Shown: positions 1 to 10,580 of the stretch, piece by piece
How the letters are laid out: every line of letters starts with the position of its first letter
Position numbering within the stretch: position 1 is the stretch's first letter
IMG/VR virus record: IMGVR_UViG_3300025470_000021
Length of the DNA: 64,000 nt
Strand: one strand, 5' to 3'
DNA from: an uncultured virus (IMG/VR IMGVR_UViG_3300025470_000021)
Taxonomy: Duplodnaviria > Heunggongvirae > Uroviricota > Caudoviricetes
The notes under the pieces: model-generated
What the model was told of the DNA's origin: nothing
Database searches by the model: none
What the model saw: the letters and a program-made list of their open reading frames with translations, nothing else
Position numbers and translations under genes: made by a program

Positions 1-1
1 A

Positions 2-1933
2 ATAAATATTCATACCATTGTTGGTTCTGGAAACTACTCTTCATGGACAATTAACCTTGATGGAGCAACAGGTGTACAAGGTACAACTGGCTCTCAAGGA
101 ACACAGGGAACTGATGGTACTCAAGGCACACAAGGTACCGATGGCACACAAGGCGTTCAGGGAACCGAAGGTCAACAAGGTACACAAGGAACTCGTGGTG
201 CTCAAGGAACTGAAGGCCAACAGGGTGTCCAAGGTACTGAAGGACAACAAGGCGTACAAGGAACTGAGGGACAGCAGGGTACTCAAGGTACTCGTGGTTC
301 ACAGGGAGTTCAAGGCACCGAAGGTCAGCAAGGTGTGCAGGGTACAGAAGGACAACAAGGTACTCAAGGTACTGATGGAACTCAAGGAGCACAAGGTACT
401 GAAGGTCAACAGGGAGTTCAGGGAACTGAAGGTCAACAAGGCGTTCAGGGAACAGACGGACAACAAGGTACACAAGGCCACTCTGACCGCTACCGTACAA
501 CCTCTACTACTTCTTACACTCTAGGCTCTGATTCAAACCACACATTCGTACTTGCTGATGCAGACCTTTCTTACTCAGTTGGTCAAGATGTGGTTATTGC
601 TGCTGATACTGCAAATCTTATCCACGCTACAGTAGTTTCTTACAACAACGTAACATATGAACTTAACGTTGATATCAAAGATTACATTGGCGCAGGTACT
701 GGTGGATACTGGACTGTTAACCTTGATGGTGCTACTGGTGTTCAAGGAACTACAGGTTCACAGGGAACACAAGGTACTGATGGAGCCCAAGGCACACAGG
801 GAACCGATGGCACACAAGGTGCTCAGGGAACTCAGGGAACACAAGGAACACAAGGTACTGACGGAACTCAAGGTGCTCAGGGTACCCACGGTACCCAAGG
901 TACTCAGGGAACTCAGGGTCTTGATGGACAACAGGGAACCCAAGGTACAGATGGTACTCAAGGTACCCAAGGTACAGACGGAACCCAAGGAACCCAAGGT
1001 ACCGATGGTACTCAAGGTACTGCCGCTCTCTGGAACTACCTCGGTGCTTATGACCCAGGAGTTATTTACACAACAGGTGACGTTGTTACTTACGGCGGAC
1101 AACTTTGGTACCGCAATGTCTACACCTCTGCTGGTTACACTCCTGGTGGAGTAGAGGGATACTGGGACCTACTTGCCGCTCAAGGCGTCCAAGGCACTCA
1201 GGGAACTGACGGAACTCAGGGAACTCAGGGAACAGATGGAACTCAGGGAACCCAAGGTATCGATGGTACACAGGGAACGCAGGGTACAGATGGAACTCAA
1301 GGAACACAGGGTACCGACGGTACTCAGGGTACCCAGGGGCACTCTGACCGCTACCGTACATCATCTTCAACTTCTAACGCAGTTGCTGTAGCAACTAACG
1401 TAAGTTTTGTTCTAGATGATCCAGACCTTTCTTACTCAGTTGCTCAAGACGTAGTAATTGCACATAGCGATGCAGCGTACATGCATGCAACTGTAGTCAG
1501 TTACACATCAGGTACTAACACTCTTGTTGTAGATGTTAAGGACATTGTTGGTTCAGGAACCTTTACCTCATGGTCAGTAAACCTTGACGGTGCTACTGGC
1601 GTACAGGGAACCACTGGTTCTCAAGGTACCCAAGGAACTCAAGGAACCCAAGGAACGCAAGGCGTACAAGGTGTACAGGGTCTCTCTGGTCAACTTGGAA
1701 CCTATGCAACAACCATTACTGGAGATTCAACCGATGGTGGAGCATCTGGAACTACACAGTTCCCAATCACTCACAACCTTGGAACTGAAGACATCATGGT
1801 CACAGTCTGGGATACAGCAACCAAGATGGAAGTTGTTACAGACGTTGCTTATGTAACTACCACATCAGTGACTGTAGGATTTGCAGTTGCTCCAGTTACA
1901 TCGAAGTCTTACCGAGTAGTAGTAAAGGCATAA
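2..1933 (+). CDS. Collagen-like fibre protein (5'-truncated) with repeated globular domains and a CBM5/12-like module
   Basis: Frame is open from base 2 (INIHTIVGSGNYSSWTINLDGATGVQG...). Long G-X-Q triplet runs; repeated HSDRYRT...LSYSV.QDVVIA...W.VNLDGATG domain; AYDPGVIYTTGDVVTYGGQLW resembles CBM5/12; C-terminal ITHNLGT fibre motif. Confidence 0.8.
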   Translation: MNIHTIVGSGNYSSWTINLDGATGVQGTTGSQGTQGTDGTQGTQGTDGTQGVQGTEGQQGTQGTRGAQGTEGQQGVQGTEGQQGVQGTEGQQGTQGTRGSQGVQGTEGQQGVQGTEGQQGTQGTDGTQGAQGTEGQQGVQGTEGQQGVQGTDGQQGTQGHSDRYRTTSTTSYTLGSDSNHTFVLADADLSYSVGQDVVIAADTANLIHATVVSYNNVTYELNVDIKDYIGAGTGGYWTVNLDGATGVQGTTGSQGTQGTDGAQGTQGTDGTQGAQGTQGTQGTQGTDGTQGAQGTHGTQGTQGTQGLDGQQGTQGTDGTQGTQGTDGTQGTQGTDGTQGTAALWNYLGAYDPGVIYTTGDVVTYGGQLWYRNVYTSAGYTPGGVEGYWDLLAAQGVQGTQGTDGTQGTQGTDGTQGTQGIDGTQGTQGTDGTQGTQGTDGTQGTQGHSDRYRTSSSTSNAVAVATNVSFVLDDPDLSYSVAQDVVIAHSDAAYMHATVVSYTSGTNTLVVDVKDIVGSGTFTSWSVNLDGATGVQGTTGSQGTQGTQGTQGTQGVQGVQGLSGQLGTYATTITGDSTDGGASGTTQFPITHNLGTEDIMVTVWDTATKMEVVTDVAYVTTTSVTVGFAVAPVTSKSYRVVVKA

Positions 1934-1984
1934 TACTCACTTTACGTAAGGCAATATTTCAGTACTAAGTGAGGAGTTTTACAG

Positions 1985-4786
1985 ATGGCCCGTAGTTACG
2001 TCGTACCGCTAGGTCTTTTGCACCTAACTAGCGACCCTACGGGCCATTCTGCTGGAGACACTTACTACAATACAGTCTCTAGTAAAATTCGTGTATACGA
2101 TGGTTCTCAGTGGAATGACTCTGGAGTATCTTTACAAGAAGTTTCTACCGCTATTTCAGGGGCGGCTTTAGGGTCCACTGACGATCTTCCAGAGGGTGTT
2201 CAGAACCTGTATTCAACTCCTGAACATGTGTATAACGCGATAACAAGCGGAACACAGAACAACATCTCATTTACTTATCACTCTACAGGCAAAACCATTG
2301 ATGTATCTGTACCTACCGTTCAAGGTACTCAAGGAACTCAAGGTAAAGCCATTCAAGGTACACAGGGTGTGCAAGGTACTCAAGGTGTATTTGGTACTCA
2401 AGGATACAATGGCTCCCAAGGTGTTCAAGGTACCCAGGGAACGCAAGGAGTACAGGGAACACTTGGCGCTCAGGGAGCGCAAGGAACTCAGGGTGTCCAA
2501 GGCATTCAAGGAGTACAAGGTTTACAGGGTACGCAAGGAACTACTGGTTCACAGGGAACACTCGGTACTCAAGGAGCACAAGGACTTCAAGGTACACAGG
2601 GTACACAGGGGGTTCAAGGAACACAAGGAGTTCAAGGTACCCAAGGAGTACAGGGAACACAGGGTATTCAAGGACCTGTAGGACCTGTTTCTTCACAAAA
2701 TGCTCACCAATCTGTAGAAGCAATTCAAACTACTCCACTTGGTAATGGCGCTACATACTACGATGGCTCTGCAGATGCAGACAACGGCACAGGTATTGGT
2801 GCCTACATTATTGCAACAACTAACGGAACACTCTCTATTGATGGTTACACAACTCCTCTTTTAGCAGTTGGTGATCGCGTCCTTATTGCTGGTCAAGCAA
2901 CTCACACTCAAAACGGTATTTACACAGTAACTCAAACTGGTGGCGCATCTGCTAAATGGAAACTTACTCGTGCTACAGATTCAGATAACCACGTTGCTGG
3001 TCAGGTAGAAGAGGGCGATTACGTTTTTGTTACTGACGGAACAACTTACGGTGGAACCGCATGGCTTATGTATGCCAACGGCTCTAACCCAGATGGTTCT
3101 ATCCGTATTGGTACAGACGCTATCTTGTGGACACAGGCTAGTGGTGTAGGTGTACAAGGTGCTACTGGTGCAACTGGTGCTGGTGGAACAATCGCATACT
3201 ATGGTTCTTTCTACGACACTACTAACCAAACAGTAGCAAACTCAACAACTGCGTACCCAATCAGTATTAACAACACCTATGAAAATAACGGTGTTGAAAC
3301 ACTTGGTGGAAATTCTATTAAGTTCCTGCATCAAGGAACTTATAGCATAACTATCTCAGTACAATTAGTTAACACTGCTTCTCAGATTTACAACGTTAAC
3401 CTATGGCTTCGTATTAACGGCGTAGATGCCCCATACTCCAATAGCCAAATGACTGTTCCGCAATCACACGGTTCCGTTTCAGGTCAAATGATTGAGACTG
3501 TTAACTACGTCTATACATTTAATGCTAACGACGTAGTTACTTTTATGTGGCAAGCAGAGAGCACCTCAGTTTCTATTGAAACACTTTCTGCAGGAACAAC
3601 CCCAACAACTCCAGTAACACCAGGAATCATTCTTACTGCTACACAAGTTGCTTACGCCATCCAAGGTACACAAGGTCTACAGGGTACTCAGGGAGTTCAA
3701 GGTACCCAAGGAGTACAGGGTGTACAAGGCGTTCAGGGAGTTCAAGGACTACAAGGAGTTCAAGGAACCCTTGGTAGTCAAGGAGCAACAGGTGCTCAAG
3801 GTACGCAGGGTGTTCAAGGTACGCAGGGTGTTCAAGGTACTTTGGGTTCTCAAGGAACACAGGGCGTTCAAGGTTCTCAAGGAACTACTGGCTCTCAAGG
3901 TGTGCAGGGATTGCAAGGAACTCAGGGCGTACAAGGCGTACAGGGTGTTCAAGGTATCCAAGGTGTACAAAGTCCATCTATTCAAGGTACTCAAGGCGTA
4001 CAAGGTGTGCAGGGAACACAGGGTGTGCAGGGCGTTCAAGGTATTCAGGGTGTGCAAAGTCCTTCTATCCAAGGAACTCAAGGTTTACAAGGCACACAAG
4101 GTGTGCAGGGAGTTCAAGGCACTACTGGTGCGCAAGGCGCCCAAGGAACACAAGGAACACAAGGTCTTCAAGGAACATTTGGTTCACAAGGAACAGCAGG
4201 AGATAAGTACCAAACATCTTCTACAACTTCGCTTACTCTTCCAGCGTCTGGTTCTCAGACTCTTACAGTTGCCGCTAACCTTTCGTATTCAGTAGGTCAG
4301 TCAGTCATTATCGCCAATACTATCTCTAACATTATTTATGGAGATGTAACAGCATATAACTCTGGCACTGGATCATTGACTATTACAGTCACCCGTAGCC
4401 TAGGTTCTGGCACATACACATCGTGGACAGTTAACCTTGATGGTGCGATCGGTATCCAGGGTACTACTGGTGCACAAGGTACCCTTGGTGCTCAAGGTAC
4501 ACAAGGTACCCAGGGCACACAAGGAACACAGGGTGTACAGAGTCTATCTATCCAAGGTACAACTGGCGCACAAGGTTCTCAAGGAACTCAAGGTGTGCAA
4601 GGTACTCAAGGCGTACAGAGCCTATCTATTCAAGGCGTGCAAGGCGTACAAGGAACACAGGGTACGCAAGGTGTGCAAGGAGTTCAAGGTGTTCAAGGCA
4701 CCCAAGGAACACAGGGTGTGCAAGGTATCCAAGGACAACTATCTGCAGATCCAACAGTTACAGCGTTGCTTTTTGGCGGAATGTAA
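1985..4786 (+). CDS. Collagen-like tail fibre / virion protein
   Basis: GAGGAG RBS; several G-X-Q blocks; GDRVLIAGQ...QNGIY...LTRATD motif typical of phage tail-fibre domains. Confidence 0.8.
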   Translation: MARSYVVPLGLLHLTSDPTGHSAGDTYYNTVSSKIRVYDGSQWNDSGVSLQEVSTAISGAALGSTDDLPEGVQNLYSTPEHVYNAITSGTQNNISFTYHSTGKTIDVSVPTVQGTQGTQGKAIQGTQGVQGTQGVFGTQGYNGSQGVQGTQGTQGVQGTLGAQGAQGTQGVQGIQGVQGLQGTQGTTGSQGTLGTQGAQGLQGTQGTQGVQGTQGVQGTQGVQGTQGIQGPVGPVSSQNAHQSVEAIQTTPLGNGATYYDGSADADNGTGIGAYIIATTNGTLSIDGYTTPLLAVGDRVLIAGQATHTQNGIYTVTQTGGASAKWKLTRATDSDNHVAGQVEEGDYVFVTDGTTYGGTAWLMYANGSNPDGSIRIGTDAILWTQASGVGVQGATGATGAGGTIAYYGSFYDTTNQTVANSTTAYPISINNTYENNGVETLGGNSIKFLHQGTYSITISVQLVNTASQIYNVNLWLRINGVDAPYSNSQMTVPQSHGSVSGQMIETVNYVYTFNANDVVTFMWQAESTSVSIETLSAGTTPTTPVTPGIILTATQVAYAIQGTQGLQGTQGVQGTQGVQGVQGVQGVQGLQGVQGTLGSQGATGAQGTQGVQGTQGVQGTLGSQGTQGVQGSQGTTGSQGVQGLQGTQGVQGVQGVQGIQGVQSPSIQGTQGVQGVQGTQGVQGVQGIQGVQSPSIQGTQGLQGTQGVQGVQGTTGAQGAQGTQGTQGLQGTFGSQGTAGDKYQTSSTTSLTLPASGSQTLTVAANLSYSVGQSVIIANTISNIIYGDVTAYNSGTGSLTITVTRSLGSGTYTSWTVNLDGAIGIQGTTGAQGTLGAQGTQGTQGTQGTQGVQSLSIQGTTGAQGSQGTQGVQGTQGVQSLSIQGVQGVQGTQGTQGVQGVQGVQGTQGTQGVQGIQGQLSADPTVTALLFGGM

Positions 4787-5533
4787 CTAGTTTAGTAACT
4801 CAGTACTTCCGTTGTGAATCTGCGTGTATTGTGCTGCCCCTTGTAAAAACTGCACAGGACGATAGTGACCTGGCTTTAACGTGTATGTGTAGAAAGTTTT
4901 TTGGTTCTCTTCTTTCTTCATTCTGAAGTTAAAGATGTACCAATCAACTGGGCAATTGATGCCTCGTGATTCTACATCCTCCACAGCCTTGCGTGCACCT
5001 TCTCGGCTCACCATATAGCCAGCGCATGACCACTGCTGATATGAGATACAGACATTTTCTGCCCCAATAGTGTGAGTATCTTCATTGTAGGCAAAGAGAG
5101 AATCATCAGGAACAAAGAACGAGAAGAAGTCCCAATCAACAGGAAGTTGACGCATATACGTTTCAATGACGGATTTAAAGTTCTTACTTACAAGAATGTC
5201 ATCCTCAAAAAGAATGAGGGTATCGTAGTCAGAGGCTAAGAACCGCTTGTAGGCGGTGTAGTTGCTTGCCCATACCCCCACCACTCCAGCACTGGAAGGA
5301 AATGTTTCTCCTGGTTTGCAATAGTCTTCTACAGTATTAACTTTAAACTGTGGATGAAGATTGATGAAGTTTTCTACTTTGTCAGCAGTGTTTAAATACA
5401 TTGTTGGGGATCCAAGTCGTGGCAAAAATGCCATCTGTTTAAGAATCCACTCGTATGATTTATTACGGAAAGGGTTTCCAGTATCTGTATGGAACACCTC
5501 AAAGCAGGCTTTTTTTAGCATTTTGTTATCCAC
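4787..5533 (-). CDS. Glycosyltransferase, GT25-like
   Basis: GVWASNYTAY, LILFEDD, WDFF, AGYMVSREGARK and PVDW motifs match GT25/LPS glycosyltransferases. Confidence 0.75.
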   Translation of the reverse strand: MDNKMLKKACFEVFHTDTGNPFRNKSYEWILKQMAFLPRLGSPTMYLNTADKVENFINLHPQFKVNTVEDYCKPGETFPSSAGVVGVWASNYTAYKRFLASDYDTLILFEDDILVSKNFKSVIETYMRQLPVDWDFFSFFVPDDSLFAYNEDTHTIGAENVCISYQQWSCAGYMVSREGARKAVEDVESRGINCPVDWYIFNFRMKKEENQKTFYTYTLKPGHYRPVQFLQGAAQYTQIHNGSTELLN

Positions 5534-6051
5534 ACCTGATAGCCAAGTTCTAAGATGTTCATCTCCCCTTCACAGATGCTAAGGAATGCATCTATGCCTC
5601 TTTTTGGTTCTAGAAAAGGCTTTCCGCCCTCTGCCCACTGATAATCATCAAACGCCATAACTCCACCTGGCTCTAAAACCTTAAACGCATTTAACCCATC
5701 AAGAGCAGTTTGTAAAGCGGTATGGCTACCATCAATGTAGATAAAATTAAACGTCTTTGTATTTTGATTGAAGAACTCATCACTGGTCATCTTATGTTTA
5801 ATAACTTTAGAGGTATTTACAAATCGAGAATCGTAGTATTGCTCAACAGAGGAAAAGTCTAAAGACTCGTGCTGGTCTTCTTCACTGCCAGCCCATGTAT
5901 CGACATCATCAAGTGTAATGACATCTCGATTGATCAATAGCCACTCAGTGGCATCTCCTGTATAAGTGCCAATCTGTAGCGCCCTCAAAGGAACAGTAGG
6001 ACATTTGCGATCAAAGAAAGGTGATATGTATTGAAACCAATTAGGAAACAT
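5515..6051 (-). CDS. Class I SAM-dependent methyltransferase (Methyltransf_24-like)
   Basis: LQIGTYTG, DVDTW, FIYIDGSH, GGVMAFDDY. Confidence 0.8.
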   Translation of the reverse strand: MFPNWFQYISPFFDRKCPTVPLRALQIGTYTGDATEWLLINRDVITLDDVDTWAGSEEDQHESLDFSSVEQYYDSRFVNTSKVIKHKMTSDEFFNQNTKTFNFIYIDGSHTALQTALDGLNAFKVLEPGGVMAFDDYQWAEGGKPFLEPKRGIDAFLSICEGEMNILELGYQVWITKC

Positions 6052-6611
6052 TAGAACAACCTTAAGTTATTGATACATCCGCTGACGTATTCTTGTGACA
6101 TCTCAACGTTATCTAGAAGATGGTTAAACAGTTCTTTGCTCTCGTCTTTACGGCCTAACCACCATCCTGCAACAGCCTTCTCAAACATCAGTACATATGG
6201 TCCGTTGTACTCCACATACACAGGAAGTGACTGGTTGTAGTTGGCCATAGTGTAGACAAGGCCAAGTTCTGCAAATGTGTAGGCTTTCTGCCATTCTTTG
6301 TTGCGCTCATGGATCCTAGAGAGTAAGAAGTATGCCTCTGGTCTTCCAGGAATTAATGTCATAGCCTGAAGAATATTTTGGTAGACAGTTGCATTTCTAT
6401 CTCCTTGCTTGCTAAAGCAGAGAGACATTCTCAAGAGAGATGAGTAAGCAATAATTGGGTGAGTCTTAAACCCACGATCTGCCGCTCGCAGGTAGAAGCC
6501 AGCAGCAGATGCATACTGCCCTGCATCGTAGTATGCGTTAGCAAGGGAAAAGTTCTTCTCTGGGTTGTACGAATCAAGTGCTACATCTATTGCTAGTTCT
6601 TTAATTGCCAT
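6051..6611 (-). CDS. TPR-repeat protein
   Basis: Helical repeats (FSLANAYYDAGQYASA, PGRPEAYFLLSRIHE); start placed at ATG 6611, overlapping the upstream gene. Confidence 0.7.
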   Translation of the reverse strand: MAIKELAIDVALDSYNPEKNFSLANAYYDAGQYASAAGFYLRAADRGFKTHPIIAYSSLLRMSLCFSKQGDRNATVYQNILQAMTLIPGRPEAYFLLSRIHERNKEWQKAYTFAELGLVYTMANYNQSLPVYVEYNGPYVLMFEKAVAGWWLGRKDESKELFNHLLDNVEMSQEYVSGCINNLRLF

Positions 6612-7605
6612 ATGTCTTTGCCTCTTCAATCATCTCGTCTACAACAGAGTGCGGAACCTCTAGTACAAAAGCCGAATTATCTTGAACACCAAAACTTAGC
6701 AGCAAGTTGTCGTTGATAACAGCGGCCCCAACACAGAACTCAATAGGAGTATCCATAAAGGCAAACTCATTACTAAGACCAACAAAGTTAAACTCTTTAT
6801 CCCACACAATTACTCTGTGACGATATGTTGAATCTTTTTGATTGAGGTAGTTTCTCCAGAGTTTGACTTCGTGAGTAATGCAGATGTAATAGTCGCCCCA
6901 TGAGATGACGTGAGATCCTCCACGCTGGTCAATAGGTGGTCGAGGAACATTGTCGTTTACTACAACCTGCTTACACTCAGGCTCATTAGGGTTAGCCCAA
7001 ACAACCTCAGTAGGCATTGCCCATTTTACAAAATGGTAGGGATTATCTAGAACAGGCATCCAGTTCTTTTCGCAGTAAGAAGTTGCCTCATGTAATGGAG
7101 CAGGGACTCGGACTCGTTGGACTTCTTTGACTGTCCAGTTATCTTTGTCGATCTCAATCTTGGAGTACTCCATGCGACCTTGTCCATTGGTCGTGGTATC
7201 ACGACGAACACCGACCATGTAGTAATCGCCATCCCATTGGACAACGCGAGCATCTTCTAGCCCAACAAACTCCCAGATAGGAGTATGCAACTCCAGCATC
7301 TCTACCTTGGTGTAGTTAATAACGTTGTAGTCTTTATCTAAACGGCAGAGGAAATTATTGGTAACAAGACGTTGATCTTTCTCTGGATGAAGATACGTCA
7401 ACGGCCCCCAAGGACTAAAAAAGCGCTTTTCATTTTCAGAGATATACAGAGTGTAATTAACCTGACGAAGGTTAACTAGAATATCCCCATCATCGTCTAT
7501 GTAGACTGAGGGATTCATAAGCCCCAGACCATTGCTGAGGGAGTTAGGGATGATGATAGGGGCTAATTTGCCGCCCTGAGAAACCGACTTTTGCACCAAA
7601 TTCAT
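6601..7605 (-). CDS. Beta-propeller glycosidase/phosphorylase-like protein (GH130/GH43-like)
   Basis: MNPSV, GLEDARVV, EKNWMP, RGGS and IEFCVG motifs typical of five-bladed propeller glycoside-hydrolase-like proteins. Confidence 0.6.
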   Translation of the reverse strand: MNLVQKSVSQGGKLAPIIIPNSLSNGLGLMNPSVYIDDDGDILVNLRQVNYTLYISENEKRFFSPWGPLTYLHPEKDQRLVTNNFLCRLDKDYNVINYTKVEMLELHTPIWEFVGLEDARVVQWDGDYYMVGVRRDTTTNGQGRMEYSKIEIDKDNWTVKEVQRVRVPAPLHEATSYCEKNWMPVLDNPYHFVKWAMPTEVVWANPNEPECKQVVVNDNVPRPPIDQRGGSHVISWGDYYICITHEVKLWRNYLNQKDSTYRHRVIVWDKEFNFVGLSNEFAFMDTPIEFCVGAAVINDNLLLSFGVQDNSAFVLEVPHSVVDEMIEEAKTYGN

Positions 7606-7674
7606 GGGGACACTTTAGCCCACAAATCAGGTCTGTACCATTTAACCTATAGCCAATACCTCTAAAGGAGTCCC

Positions 7675-8013
7675 ATGGCTACTACTTATTCCATCCTCGG
7701 ACAAGCACAGGCAGGAACATCAGCGACTCTGCTTTACGGAGTTCCTACTTCAACATCGGCTGTCGTATCAAGCATTGTCCTTTGCAACACCACCAACACC
7801 GCGGCAACAGTAAGCGTGTACTGCAACAAGGCATCAACAACAAACACAGTAGCAACCGCGCTCCTTTACCAGTACACAGTTCCTGCATACACAACGCAGA
7901 CATTTACTCTTGGTATCACCATGACATATAGCAGCGCCGCTGATACGCTCTATGTCCAGGGCGGAACAAACAACGCCATTACAGCAACAGCATTCGGAAG
8001 TCAGATCCAGTAA
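7675..8013 (+). CDS. Small virion structural protein (hypothetical)
   Basis: AAGGAG RBS; Thr/Ala-rich beta-type sequence in fibre region. Confidence 0.6.
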   Translation: MATTYSILGQAQAGTSATLLYGVPTSTSAVVSSIVLCNTTNTAATVSVYCNKASTTNTVATALLYQYTVPAYTTQTFTLGITMTYSSAADTLYVQGGTNNAITATAFGSQIQ

Positions 8014-8014
8014 G

Positions 8015-8788
8015 ATGGCCCAAAATAACCCAGTCGGTACACACATCGTCACTGACGGTGCTGTTGGTACCCGTGTCTTCGTAGGTAATACCACACCGTC
8101 ATATCCAACGACTGGTGACCTATGGATCGATAACACAGCAGGAAGTATGGCAACTGCTCAGTTGACTACTTTCACTGCTACTGGTGGTGAGACATCAGTA
8201 ACTGCCCCATACACAGCGGGCTATGAGATGGTCTTCTTAAATGGCGCCAAGTTAATCCGTGGAACTGACTACACAGCAACCAACGGAACATCCATCACAG
8301 GTCTTACTGCATTAGCCGCTAATGACGTAGTCGATGTCTTTGGTATGACTACAGGCTCAACAGGCTTGCAGGGTGTACAGGGTGTACAAGGCGTGCAGGG
8401 TGTACAGGGCGTACAAGGCGTGCAGGGCGTCCAGGGCGTGCAAGGAACTACTGGCGCAGGAACACAAGGAACACAGGGTCCAACAGGTCCTGGATGGACA
8501 ACATCAGCGATCTCATCCAACACAAACCTTGCTACTCGTTACCAGTATTTTGTTACAACATCTTCTGCTCTTACATTGACGCTCCCGTCAACACCATCTC
8601 AGGGCGATGAAATTCGTATCTTTGATGCATCAGGTGGAGCGGCTACAAATAACATCACAGTTGCCCCATCGGGTTCTACTGGATACAACTATATTCACGG
8701 CTCTAACCAGAACTTCGTTATCAACGTTGCTTATGGTTCGGCCACTTTAATCTTTACTGGTACTACTTATGGATGGAAGGTCGCTTAA
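8015..8788 (+). CDS. Fibre protein with short collagen segment and C-terminal beta domain (module 1)
   Basis: ATG 8015 directly after previous stop; (GVQ)n; C-terminal YFVTTS..LTLTLP..P..G.EI domain shared with 11796..12248. Confidence 0.7.
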   Translation: MAQNNPVGTHIVTDGAVGTRVFVGNTTPSYPTTGDLWIDNTAGSMATAQLTTFTATGGETSVTAPYTAGYEMVFLNGAKLIRGTDYTATNGTSITGLTALAANDVVDVFGMTTGSTGLQGVQGVQGVQGVQGVQGVQGVQGVQGTTGAGTQGTQGPTGPGWTTSAISSNTNLATRYQYFVTTSSALTLTLPSTPSQGDEIRIFDASGGAATNNITVAPSGSTGYNYIHGSNQNFVINVAYGSATLIFTGTTYGWKVA

Positions 8789-9592
8789 ATGACAGTCACA
8801 TTATCTTCACTTGGGGCTGTAACCCAAAAAGTTCAAGAGTTTTTATCTACTGGTACTTTTACCGTCCCATCTAACTGCACCACTGTTGAGGTATTTCTTG
8901 TTGGTGGTGGCGGCGGTGGCGGTAATTCCTATTCCACTTATGCTCTAAATGCTGGCGGAGGCGGTGGCGGTGGCGGAGTAGTTCGCAAAACTTTAACGGT
9001 TACTGCTGGTCAGGCATATACTGTAACTATTGGTGGCGGTGGTGCTGGTGGAAATGCTGCCGCAACTACTACTGGTTCTAACGGTGGAGATACAACATTT
9101 GGCTCATTAGCAACCGCTTCTGGTGGCGGCGGCGGTGGTGCTGGTCGCTTCGGAAACGGTCTTTCTGGAGGATGTGGCGGCGGTAGTGGTTTTGGTTCGT
9201 CTGGTTCGTGTTGGGGAGGTTCTGGTGGCGGCAGTAATCAGGCTATTACTCTTGCAAATCCTGGGATTTTTGTTCCTGGGTCCCCAGGAAAGGGCACTCA
9301 GGGAGGAGCGGGTACAGTTGGTACGGATAACGGCAGTTCAAATAGCATATTTTATGCGGGTGGCGTTGGCATAGATGGGTTTGGAGGCGGCGGCGGTGGC
9401 GGTGGTTCTGGTGGAAATGGAGCAGCCGCTGGTTCATCGGGCGGAGGCAGTGGGGGAGTGGCAGTAGCAGGAAACGCTGGAACCTCTAATACTGGCGGTG
9501 GCGGTGGTGGTGGCGGAGCAGGAGCGGTTACCACTAACAACGCTGGTGGCACAGGCGGTTCAGGTTATGCACGAGTTACGTATTGGAGTTAA
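8789..9592 (+). CDS. Glycine-rich fibre/tip protein (module 1)
   Basis: F.S.GTFTVP...VEVFLVGGGGGGG N-terminus; G.GGSGY..V.YW C-terminus. Confidence 0.75.
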   Translation: MTVTLSSLGAVTQKVQEFLSTGTFTVPSNCTTVEVFLVGGGGGGGNSYSTYALNAGGGGGGGGVVRKTLTVTAGQAYTVTIGGGGAGGNAAATTTGSNGGDTTFGSLATASGGGGGGAGRFGNGLSGGCGGGSGFGSSGSCWGGSGGGSNQAITLANPGIFVPGSPGKGTQGGAGTVGTDNGSSNSIFYAGGVGIDGFGGGGGGGGSGGNGAAAGSSGGGSGGVAVAGNAGTSNTGGGGGGGGAGAVTTNNAGGTGGSGYARVTYWS

Positions 9593-9594
9593 TC

Positions 9595-9873
9595 ATGGCT
9601 GAAAAACATTACGCATTTATTAAAGATGGGCATGTAGAAAACATTGCAGTATTTGCTGCAAAAGATGACGTACTTGCTCAGACGATTTGCACTGAACAGG
9701 GTTACGACTCTTTTGTTTGGTTAGATGAGGCTGATGTTCCACACAAGCATTCATCATATGATGGAACTACATTTACAGAGCCAACACTTGACTATCTTTA
9801 CAGCATCGGCGTTTCTAATGAAAACCAAGAAATGTACGATGCTCGTATTGCCGCTGAAGAAGCCGCTAAGTAA
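9595..9873 (+). CDS. Small fibre-associated protein (module 1); paralog of 13004..13279
   Basis: EKHYAFIKDG...EPTLDYLYSIG...DARIAAEEAAK shared with paralog. Confidence 0.7.
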   Translation: MAEKHYAFIKDGHVENIAVFAAKDDVLAQTICTEQGYDSFVWLDEADVPHKHSSYDGTTFTEPTLDYLYSIGVSNENQEMYDARIAAEEAAK

Positions 9874-9887
9874 AGGAAGAAGAATAA

Positions 9888-10571
9888 ATGACAAGAGCCA
9901 GAACTAACGCCACGGGTACACACACCCTTGGCTCTACTCCCCTTGCCTTGGGATCTACTGTAACAACAGTTGCTGGTCTTACATTAACTTCTCCTACTAT
10001 TGGTACAAGCGCAGTAATAAATGGTACCTCTTCTGGTAGCACTACAATTCAGGCTGCTGCTACCGCTTCTGGAACACTTACTCTTCCAGCGGCTACAGAT
10101 ACCTTGGTTGGAAAAGCCACTACAGACACTCTTACCAATAAGACTCTGACAACACCTGCTCTTAATGGCGCCGTATTTAACTGGCCCGTTGAATCTTGGT
10201 ATATCAACGCAACAGCATTTGCTGGATACACAGCCTACCTACAGACAAATGGTGGCGTTCATTATTTGACTACAACCTCAACTGCTAACGGTACGCTCAA
10301 TATGACAGCGGCCTCTGGTGTTACTTTGAACTCAATCATGAGCACAGGTCAGGCAATTACTTTCTCACTTTTGATTACAAATACAACGGCCTATTATGCA
10401 AATGCATATCAGGTAGATGGAACAACCTCTGGTGTCACTGTTAAGTGGTCAGGTGGAACTGCACCATCCGCTGGTAACGCATCAGCCGTTGATATCTACC
10501 AGTTCACCGTCCTCAAGACTGGCTCTGCTGCATGGACTGTCCTTGCTGCTGGCCCTGTTAAGTATGCATAG
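9888..10571 (+). CDS. Fibre protein (module 2)
   Basis: TLTLPAATDTLVGKATTDTLTNKTLT shaft motif; VKWSGGTAPS...AVDIYQF tip domain. Confidence 0.7.
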   Translation: MTRARTNATGTHTLGSTPLALGSTVTTVAGLTLTSPTIGTSAVINGTSSGSTTIQAAATASGTLTLPAATDTLVGKATTDTLTNKTLTTPALNGAVFNWPVESWYINATAFAGYTAYLQTNGGVHYLTTTSTANGTLNMTAASGVTLNSIMSTGQAITFSLLITNTTAYYANAYQVDGTTSGVTVKWSGGTAPSAGNASAVDIYQFTVLKTGSAAWTVLAAGPVKYA

Positions 10572-10580
10572 GAGTAACTA

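Noticed and set aside
1936..1973. CTCACTT/AAGTGAG inverted repeat touching the RBS of gene 1985
   Set aside because: Only 7 bp with a long loop; too weak to call
60..4740. Repeat arrays resembling CRISPR or DGR repeats
   Set aside because: Degenerate in-frame G-X-Q codons with no spacers; no reverse transcriptase in the window
18..4790. Many long alternate-frame and antisense ORFs over the collagen genes
   Set aside because: Shadows of 9-bp codon repeats that lack stop codons; no RBS or domain content
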